Of a DNA stretch of 64,000 nucleotides, positions 54,273-64,000 are shown piece after piece. The stretch's first letter is position 1. Every line of letters starts with the position of its first letter. Both the position numbers and the translations under genes were made by a program. Below the pieces are notes generated by a model. That model saw only the letters and a list, made by a program, of their open reading frames with translations. It was not told where the DNA came from and searched no databases. This stretch comes from Calditrichia bacterium (GTDB lineage Bacteria > Calditrichota > Calditrichia > JAJRVZ01): assembly GCA_963765585.1 (NCBI GenBank), contig CAVXXB010000002.1:55841-119840 (forward strand), read 5' to 3'.

Positions 54273-57200
54273 TCAATGAGAACTTACCGGCAGTTTTATT
54301 ACCACTTTTGTACCCTTTCCCAGGGTAGATTCTATAGACATATTGCCCATATGTTGTTCCACAATTATAAAATATGAAACAGATAATCCCAAACCGGTCC
54401 CTACCCCAACTTTTTTTGTCGTAAAGAATGGTTCAAATACCCGATTCTTTGTTTCCTCATTCATTCCCGGACCATTATCTTCAATTTCCAATTGGACCAT
54501 GTCATCTGCATGATTGATTTTTAAAATCAAACATAATTCTTTATCTTTTGTTTTTGATTTTTTTTCTTCTGTCATTGCCTGGGCGCTGTTCTTCAGAATA
54601 TTCAGAAATACTTGTTGAAGATTGCTTCGCTCACAATTGATTAGTGGAATATCATGGTCATATTCCCTTTTTATTTTTATTTTACGAAAGTCATATTTCT
54701 TTTTAAGGTCATAGTCATTTGCCGCTAATTCAATTGTATCATCCATTATTTTGGTAATGTCATTGGGATACAATTTTGACTCACTTTTTCGACTAAAACT
54801 CAGCATATTATCCACGATCTTCGCGGCGCGTTGTCCTGCCGTTTCAATTGATTCAAGCATGCCTCCTATTTTACGTTTTTCCACATATGAAAGAATTGCC
54901 TCAATTGTGGTGCCGCTTTCTGTTGCCGCTTTTTCATTTGCAGGAATTTTAGTCGACAACCTGTTCATCAATACCTGCGCATTCTGCAACATGCCTGCCA
55001 ATGGATTATTAATTTCATGCGCCATTCCGGCCGCCAGACCACCAACAGTCAGCATCTTTTCAGATTGAATTATCATCTCTTCTATACGAACACTTTCCGT
55101 TACATCATCAATTCTGATTACCGCACCTTTACCGCCATTACTGATGTAATGGAGAAATGGTGAAATTATAGAAATTACCTTTCCTTTCTGCAATATCAGC
55201 AATTTTGCTTTCCTTTATTATCTGACCCAAATGAATTGATTTTTTTATTTTCTCCAGTTCTTTGCGCATACTGGGGAAGACTGTCTCCAACGGTTGTCCT
55301 GTTGCCTTCTCCTTGGTAACACCTGTCATATGCTCTGCCTCTTCGTTCCAATGAGTGACATTTCCAGTATCGTCGATACTGATTAGCACCGAGGGCATGG
55401 AATTAATGATGTTCGTGATGTAATTTCTCGGGCATTATTTAATTTTTGTTCTGCTTCAAGGCGGATTGCAATTTCCTTCTGGGCCTGTTCATAGTGTTTT
55501 GCTCTGGTCATAGCACTGGAGATTTGATTTACGAAAACGGAAATAACTGCAATTTCTGATTCCTGTAACTGATCAGATTGAACAGAAATGATTCCCTCAA
55601 TTCTATTATCCATTAACAATGGTGTTAAAATGAGAGATGGTATACTTAGAATGTCTGATATTTTACTTGCTACATCTCGGACAGTACCCGGTAAAATTTT
55701 TTTGAGTAACTCCCCGCACATCCTCGATAAAAACTGCTTCCTGCTTATCAATTGCCCTTCTCAATTCTTTCGCTGACTGTACCGGCACGACCAGTTCCTC
55801 TAATTTCATCCCGGCTATCTTTTCTGCACTGTGAATCAGTTTTTTGGTATAGCTTAATGAAATCAGGATTCAGGCAATCTATTATCTTTGATATATTTAA
55901 AATAGGTAAAGTGAAAGCCATATCGCTTAAGGGTAGCAAGCCACTTTTTTAAGAATCTCATTCGGTTGTCAAGGCATTCTGCATTGACATGCCCGCTTCA
56001 TTCAATATATTGAGTAAATATTCAGCGCGCTTACGTACACTAATATCACGTACCGTTGCCTGGATATGCATTCCGGTTTTAAGCTGCAGCGTATTCAGAC
56101 TGACCTCAGCATCAAACAGAGTGCCATTTTTCGTGATATGCTTCCACTCAAAGAACGAGTGCTTTACCATCGAACGCAAGTTTTAGCTATTCGATTATTT
56201 TCTCACGTGAATTTTGACCATCGGGTTGCTGGGGTGGCGAAAAGTTGTATGGTGTCCGTCCAATTAGTTCCTTCCGGGTGCAGCCAAACATTTTCAAGGC
56301 TCTATGGTTACATTGGACAAATTTATTATTTTTAATGAGCAGAAAGGCATCGCTGGCAGAATTAAAAAGCACTTTATACCGATTTTCACTTTCAAGCAGC
56401 GCCGTTTCAGCCATCTTTCGTCCGGTAATATCCAGTAAATGAGCGATTGTAATTATTGAGCCTTTTGAATCTTTTGGTGACTGTTGTACTGATTTCCACA
56501 TTTCTTCTTTCACCATTTTTCCGTATGATATATAGATTCATATCTATGGGGAACCTTTCCTCCGGCTCTCTCACGGCGATAACGATCCGTTAATATTTTT
56601 TTACCATCGTCATCGAGAAATTTTCTAAAATCCTCCTGAATAATTTCATTTAAAGAGTAACCGAGGATGTTGCTAAGCTCATTGTTGGCATAATCAACTT
56701 TTAAATTATCGCCAATGATAAGAACGCCGTCATGAGTGTTCTCAACATATAGACGGAATTTTTCCTCACTCTCACGTAATGCCTGTTCCCCCTCTTTATA
56801 TTTTATGGAAATGGCAATCTGATCTGATACGAATTCTAATAATGCCCGGTCTTCTTCATTATAAGCATTTTCATTTTCATAACTCTGAACAAAAATAAGA
56901 CCAATCACTTTACCATCCACCTGCAGAGGTACGCCTAACCAGACTTTGCTGGGCGTACCAAAGATTTCAATTTCCCCTTTGGCAACCAGCGCACTTACAT
57001 CAGATGCTCTCAGGAGAAGGGCCTGCTTGTTTTTTATGACATAGGCACTGCATGATTTACCTGATGGAATCTCTTTATAATTATCATTAGTGTCCGCTGT
57101 GTATGGTAAAACAATTACATCTCTGGTTTCATCATACAGTCCGACCTGAAAGTTTTTTGCTTCTATTAGTTTATTGAGTTCCATATGGATTCGTTTATAG

Positions 57201-58845
57201 AAGGCGTACATGTTTTCAGTTGTGGACACTGCATTTGTAATATTATAGATAATTTGCTGGCTGATTTCGGCACGTTTACGCTTTGTAATATCAACCATTG
57301 TTCCGGCTGCCCTCGTTGGATTCCCGGCTTCGTCATACTCAATTATCTTTCCCCAATCAGAGACCCAAATCCATTCACCGGATTTATGTCTTAAGCGATA
57401 CTCCGCCTGGTATGTGTATTCCTCGCCCGTTAAATGCGAATTGAGGTTTTTGAGGACATCAGGTTTATCATCTTCATGGATTAAACTGTTCCAGACCTGA
57501 GAATCAATTTTTGTCTCACTATTTGGTAATCCAAGAATTTCAAACCAGCGCGAATTATGACGGTAAATATTGTTTACTATATCCCAGTCCCATGTTCCAA
57601 GGTCCGCGCCTTTTACTACCAAGGCAAGTTGCTCTTCACTTTTATGAAGTTCTCGTTCAGCTTTATCTTTCTCAGATTTAAATAGACTGATACGATCAGA
57701 AACTGCTTGTGAAAAAAACCAAATGAGGAAAATACTCGCGATTAAATATCCATTATTACCCAGTTCACTCGCCGGAATAAGACCAAACTCCGTAGCAAAA
57801 TGATAAATACCTGCAGGATTTATTAATATGATACCAAAAAAGAAATATTTTGCCGGCTCATACCCACTGCGTAGTGAAATAAATGATATTGGCAGAATAA
57901 TGATCAAGGCCAATTGCAATACTAATATTGATTGCTTGTGAAATGATATAGAAGTCCGCTATTGGTATCAATAATCCTAATACGGATAATACAGAACAGA
58001 TCAGTTTCAACACTCTGTCCCACCTGGGTAATTGTTTTTTTAACTCCAGGAATTCACTGATAAACAATATAAACAGGATGGCAACAAGCGCATCAAAGAT
58101 AGGAACAGATATCTTATTCCAATAGGTGGCGTCCGGCCATAAATAGATATAGGCAAATTGAGAAGTTGCTAAAAAATTCAGTAGTAGAAAAATTCCCGTG
58201 AATACCAGGTAAATAAAGCTCAGGTCTTTAATACGAAAATATAGAATTGAATAGTATCCGATGGCCAGTAGCAATATACCGATAAAGATACCGTTCAGAA
58301 GTGTAGATCTTTGATATACCCGCAGATACTGATCCATTGAATGCAGAGAGAAGTCCAGCATAATAGGGGTTTCACTTGTCATCCTTAGATACAAAGTATG
58401 TATACTGTCATGAGGGATGGAAATCAGAAATACAATATTTTCATCGGGTCTTGAACGGGTAGCTACCGGCATCATAGTACCGGTCTGACCGGAATTTATC
58501 AATTCCCCTGAATCGGAAACCTGATAATAATCAACAGAATCTATTTCCGGATAGTCTGCACGTAAAACAAAGAGTGGATGCCTTACTTTTTTCTTTTCAT
58601 TCTTTAACCGGAGCTTTACCCAAAAAGCAGATTTGCTGAATCCTAAATTCTGATAACTACCGAGTGAGCGAAAATTTTGTTCCGGAAAACTGATAATATC
58701 CTGGATAGATAAATCCCGTGTCTCGTCTTCAAAGTATTCAAGAGACTCATTAAGTTGAGTCTGATTCAAACCCATCCATGATAACCACAGGATCCTGGGC
58801 AAATAGTGAGAATGATGTAATAAAAAGAAATATAATTTTTTTCAT
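54273..58845 (-). CDS. Sensor kinase 7TMR-DISM-PAS-GAF-PAS-PAS...-HisKA-HATPase, broken by many frameshifts
   Basis: Signal peptide MKKIIFLF at 58845; NLGFSKSAFW.. DISMED2, 7TM region, GTWDWD PAS, WLGVPL GAF, AGMAHEINNP; pieces 57858..58802, 56510..57919, 56187..56516, 55958..56179, 55383..55751, 55138..55398, 54273..55202. Confidence 0.78.
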
Positions 58846-59050
58846 TAGGGAGTTCTATTCTGATTTTTTTCTATGTTGATCTTATTTCCGCTATTGTCTA
58901 TAACAAAAAGATTTATTATTAGTTTTCGGAATAAAATCAAAATAATTAAATATCTATGCTGAAAATAAATGATTTTACGGGCGCATGATTGGCAATTGGC
59001 TATCGGCTATCAGTACTGTGTGTGAAACAGTCTCACTCCCTTTTTACCTA

Positions 59051-59245
59051 CCCCAGGGTTAAGAGATTGTGTTAAAACAAAAAAGCAGCCACTGATTTAC
59101 ACAGATCTTCACAGATTGTTTAATAATTTATGTATAAATGTGTTCAATTGTTTTTATTTGTTCTTCATTTTAGTCTTTTATCTGTGTTTAATCCGTGTGT
59201 ATCTGTGGCCAAGGATCATTATCACACAGCCTCTTAATCCTGGAG
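59051..59245. mobile_element. MITE-like non-coding element with terminal inverted repeats and nested inverted 9-mer repeats
   Basis: CCCCAGGGTTAAGAGATTGTGTTAAAA (59051-59077) vs reverse complement of 59219-59245 CTCCAGGATTAAGAGGCTGTGTGATAA; inner IR 59088-59116 / 59180-59209. Confidence 0.55.
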
Positions 59246-59471
59246 TAATTCAAAAAACGGGATTTTTCTAGTGGTGAGTGCCATGCATCCTGCATCCTGT
59301 ATCCCGCTTCATCTCCCTTTTCAAAAATTATCAGTCTTTTTATATGGTTTACAATTGAACTGAGTATTAAATTATCCTTCAGCATGATTTTTTTAGCATG
59401 ATAATTTCACGGAAGAAATTACTATAACAAATCAATGATTAATTTTATCAGGATTGGAAAGGATTATCACC

Positions 59472-60761
59472 ATGAAGGCAGATTCATTTAATCCGTTTGA
59501 AATGGCACAAGCCCAGTTTGACAAAGTTGCTGATATTATCAATCTGGAACCCGGGGTTCGTAAACTACTCGTAATCCGCTGCGTGAATATCAGTTTCAGA
59601 TACCTGTCCGTATGGATGACGGATCGGTAGAAGTATTTCAAGGTTTTCGTGTACAACACAATGATGCCAGGGGGCCAAGCAAAGGCGGTATCCGTTTTCA
59701 CCCCCAGGAAACTATTGACACCGTTCGCGCGCTGGCAACCTGGATGACATGGAAATGTGCAGTAGTCGACATTCCTCTCGGCGGTGGCAAAGGTGGTGTT
59801 ATTTGTGATCCTCATAATCTCAGCAGTCGCGAGCAGGAACAAATATGTCGAGGCTGGATCAGACAAATGGCAAAAAATGTAGGTCCATTGCGTGATGTTC
59901 CGGCGCCTGATGTTATGACCAATGCACAGCATATGCTCTGGATGCTCGATGAATACGAAACGATTCAGGGGGGAAAGTATCCCGGTCTGATTACCGGAAA
60001 ACCTGTAGGTATGGGTGGATCACTTGGTCGAACTGAGGCTACCGGGTATGGTGTAATATATACCTTACGTGAAGCACTAAAAGCATTGGGTATAAACGCG
60101 GAGAAGACAACGGCCAGTGTCCAGGGATTTGGAAATGTGGCCCAATATGCAATTGAATTGTATCATCAAATGGGTGGCAAAGTCGATATGTGTATCATGT
60201 TGGGATCAGAATGATCAAACCTCTTATTCCTTCCACCGAAGTCAGCTGGTATTGATCTTAAAGAATTACTTAAAATTACAGATCGTTTTGGTGGCATCAA
60301 CAAAGAAAAGGCCAAAGAACTTGGGATATGATGTCTGGATGGTGATGCCTGGCTGGAACAGGATGTGGAAATTCTGATGCCATGTGCACTGGAAAATCAA
60401 ATTACAGGTGAAAATGTTTCAAAGATAAGAAACAAAGTAAAAATAATTGCCGAAGGTGCAAACGGCCCCACTACACCGGAGGCAGATAAATATTTAGAAG
60501 AAAAGGGAGTGTATGTCATTCCGGATTTTCTGGCAAATGCCGGTGGCGTTACCTGTAGTTATTTTGAGCAAGTTCAGAGTAATATGAATTATTTTTGGGA
60601 AAAAGAAGAAGTCCTGGACAGAGTGGATAAAAAGATGACCGCTGCTTTTCATGCCGTAAATGATCTGGCAAATAAAAAGAAAATTATTCATGCGTGATGC
60701 AGCTTATGTGATTTCAATCAGCCGGGTTGCTCAGGCATGTAAAGACCGGGGCTGGATATAA
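59472..60761 (+). CDS. gdhA: Glu/Leu/Phe/Val-family glutamate dehydrogenase, several frameshifts
   Basis: [72 protein letters not shown]. Confidence 0.9.
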
Positions 60762-60797
60762 AATTTATTCTGATACAGGAGCCGGGGAGCATTTATT

Positions 60798-63700
60798 ATG
60801 GCCAAACGCAGTAAATCGACACATAAGTTAATCGAGAGTCTGGAAGAGCGCGCAAAAGAACTAAATTGTCTGTATGCCGTTGAAGAAATTCTGCATGATA
60901 CCTCAAAGGGTATTGATTCAATCCTGATGAATATTGTCAAGGTAATTCCATCTGGGATGCAATTTCCGGAAGTCTGTGAGGTAAAAATTGTATATCAGGA
61001 ATTTGATTATACCAGCAAAAAATACCGCGAAACACCGTGGTTTATCAGCGAAGACATTACCGTGCAGGACCGTGTAGTCGGTTGGATAAAGGTATGCTAT
61101 TTAAAAGAAAAGGCACAGGCAGACCACGGTCCCTTTTTAAAAGAGGAAAAACGGGTTCTCGACCTCCATCGCTCAGCGGATCGGGCATTTTGTCATGTAT
61201 CAAAAATTACGTCTTGTTTTTGACAAGATGGAATCAACCCGTCAGGTTCTTTTCGATAATAAAACCGGAGACTGGCAGGCCGTATTGAATCTGCTGGGAC
61301 GTTCTGATCCGGATGTTTTGAACCGCGTAACACGCAAAATGCTTAACCACCTTGTATGGAAAGGTTTTCCTGAGGCCGAACTGATCCTGGCAAAATTTAT
61401 CCCGCTATTAAGATATGGTCAGCATGATATACTTGCTGAATCTAACAGTCCTTTGAAAAAACGCGCTACCGAGAATACTGATAAATTGAATCAGGAGGTG
61501 TTTGAAATTGCATCCCAACATATGACTGACGAAGAAATACTGACCAACATACAGGAGTGGGTAAAGCAGGATAAAACCAGTTTTCTGATCCGTATTGTCT
61601 CCTCAATAAATTCTTCTCTCACCGATATCACCGATGCCATTCGCCGATATTACCGGATTGCACCCCATGGGTTGGAACTGGCCCCCTCTGCGCGTATTGG
61701 TGTCAGGGCCGCGCTGATACGACGATTTTTTACGGATCAGCTGGAATTTGTCAATATCGCAAAAAACTTTGTCCGGGTTGCTGATTTTCATGATCTGGTG
61801 CAATATATGATTTGTCCGCCCGGTAGTCATGGTAAATTGGGTGGTAAAAGCGCGGGACTCTATCTGGCCAAAAGAATTCTCGAGGAAAATGAAGAATTTG
61901 AAAAAATACTGCGCAATTTTAAAGTTCCAAAAACCTGGTATATGACATCGGATACCATGCTGCAATTTATGAATTATAACAATCTGGAAGAAATGCTTGA
62001 ACAAAAGTATAAACCGATTGATGAGATTCGAAAAGAGTATCCCCAATTGGTCATGTTGTTTAAGAACTCCACATTTCCTCCCGATATCATTCAGGGATTG
62101 TCTATGACCCTGGATGATTTTGGTGATAAACCGCTCATAGTTCGTAGTTCAAGTCTCCTGGAAGATCGTCTGGGTTCTGCGTTTTCCGGTAAATACAAAA
62201 GTCTGTTCCTCGCCAATCAGGGAGTGAAGAATGACCGGTTAGAGGACCTGCTTGACGCGATTGCCGAAGTATATGCATCCACATTAGGCCCTGATCCTAT
62301 GCAATATCGCGCGGAGCGGGGACTACTCGATTTTCATGAGGAAATGGGTATAATGATCCAGGAAGTGGTCGGTGAACGGGTTGGAGACTATTTTTTGCCT
62401 TCCTATGCGGGAGTAGCCTTTAGTAATAATGAATTTCGCTGGTCACCCCGAATTAAAAGGGAGGATGGCCTGATACGATTAGTTCCAGGTTTGGGTACGC
62501 GCGCTGTAGATCGTCTTAGCGATGATTACCCCATTTTGATCGCCCCGGGTCAGCCGGAACTTCGTGCCAATGTGAGTATTGAAGACCGGGTCAGATATGC
62601 ACCTCAGAAAATTGATGTCATCGATTTAAAAGCGAATATTTTCAAAACAATTGATATAAATGATTTATTGAGAGAATATGGTGATGAGTATCCGGGTATT
62701 ATGGATATGATCTCTCTTTATGAACACGATCATTTAAAACAGCCCATAGGCATGATGGTGGATTTTGCAAATGAAGATCCGATTATCACTTTTGATGGAT
62801 TGATCTCAAATACGGATTTTGTAAGGCGGATAAATATTATTCTCAAAACGCTGCAAAATGCTTTGGCCACCCCGGTCGATATTGAATTTGCGTCCAATGG
62901 TAAAGACTTTTATTTATTGCAATGCCGGCCACAAAGTTACTCCAAATATGATGCACCCTCTCCCATTCCCGATGATATTCCTGAAGCAGATATCGTTTTC
63001 ACGGCCAATAAATTTATATCAAATGGTACTGTCCCGGACATTCTATTTGTTGTCTATGTAGATCCGGAAAAATATTCACAAATAAGCGAAATTTCTGAAT
63101 TAAAATCTATCGGTCAGGTAGTCGGTAAATTAAATCAGACATTGCCACGGCGGCAGTTTGTTTTGATGGGTCCCGGAAGATGGGGTAGCCGTGGCGATAT
63201 TAAATTAGGTGTAAATGTGACTTATTCGGATATCAATAACACGGCAGTTCTGCTGGAAATAGCCAGAAAAAAAGGAAATTATTTGCCAGACCTCTCCTTT
63301 GGTACACATTTTTTTCAGGACCTGGTTGAAGCAAATATTCGCTATCTGCCACTATATCCCGATGATGAAGAAAACATTTTCAACGAAGAGTTATTGGGAC
63401 ATACACCTAATTCACTGATGGAACTATTTCCGGCTTATGCCCACCTTGGTGATATAATACGTGTGATCGATATCCCTGCTGCCACAGATGGGAGAGTTCT
63501 GCGCATTCTGATGAACGCTGATATCGATAAGGCTGTGGGTATTCTGGCAATGCCATCAGAGATCGGCGATCTCAGGAAAGATGTCGTTGGTCAAATCGGT
63601 CTTGTACGCGATGATCACTGGCGCTGGCGACTGGAAATGGCCCAGAAAATCACCAGACAACTTGACCCGGACCGCTTTGGCGTAAAATCTGTCTGTCTGG

Positions 63701-63984
63701 TTGGAAGTACACTCCTGGCAACAGCACAGGCAGGAAGCGATATTGATCTGCTGGTTTGCTTTGAGGGAAATAATAATCAGAAAAAAGAGATTCAGCACTG
63801 GTTTGAGGGCTGGAGCCTGTGCCTGGATGAGATGAATTTTATGCGTACAGGATACAAGGCAGGCGGATTACTGGATATTCACTTTGTTACCGATGAAGAG
63901 CTGGCAGAACCCGGCCTAATTGAAAACCGTTTGAACATAAAAATAGATGACATGAAGAAATTACCACTTGCAAGTTCAAACTGA
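60798..63984 (+). CDS. GAF-like + PEP/pyruvate-binding (PPDK_N-like) + C-terminal Pol-beta-type nucleotidyltransferase fusion; one +1 frameshift near 61160
   Basis: ERAKELNCLY...GPFLKEE; LGGKSAGL, VRSSSLLED..FSGKYKS, IQEVVG, AGVAFS, GLG, DIEFA, LLQCRP, GPGRWGS, SFGTHFF; LVGST...SDIDL; span 3187 = 3n+1. Confidence 0.82.
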
Positions 63985-64000
63985 CAACCCTCCCCTAAAT

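Noticed and set aside
59343-59410. Sigma54 promoter for gdhA (TGGTTTACAATTGA or TAGCATGATAATTTC)
   Set aside because: Wrong spacing or loss of both invariant dinucleotides
63600-63984. MNT-HEPN toxin-antitoxin
   Set aside because: NTase is fused to a large PPDK-like protein; no HEPN gene visible before the window ends
1-64000. Alternative genetic code (TAG or TGA recoding)
   Set aside because: Intact genes terminate at TAA, TAG and TGA at expected positions; only one in-frame TAG seen

Overview
AT-rich (~40% GC, by eye) bacterial chromosomal window, gene content and C-terminal FlgD/T9SS-type sorting domain suggest an FCB-group organism (Calditrichota-like; inference). No rRNA, tRNA, CRISPR array or transposase was seen. 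0-23.8 kb: mostly minus-strand housekeeping/envelope genes (S8 peptidase, TPR, GT2, lptE, sigma54 activator, EVE, hutI, HIT, EF-G2, propeller hybrid kinase, CadA/ZntA + SmtB-type repressor with its operator, ahcY). Directly upstream of ahcY lies an ECF sigma factor fused to a SahR-type SAM-binding methyltransferase domain (best novelty candidate). 23.8-35.8 kb: catabolic/envelope genes (cyclase, RetSat-like oxidoreductase with an in-frame TAG, CBM-Ntn hydrolase-dead M1 fusion, Omp85, DUF2141, HtrA, patatin-Omp85, bioY). 36-59 kb: a signalling island: a sigma54 activator followed by enhancer sites, a -24/-12 promoter and an operon porin / half-size PBP / methyl-accepting hybrid kinase / CheR / CheB / REC-HPt-CheA-like kinase, facing a convergent cluster of paralogous sensor kinases. 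59.5-64 kb: glutamate dehydrogenase plus a GAF-like/PPDK-N/nucleotidyltransferase fusion. Intergenic regions hold many short palindromic and 7/8/9-mer repeat families and a MITE-like element. Many genes are broken by single-base indels (mostly insertions), most likely long-read consensus errors.
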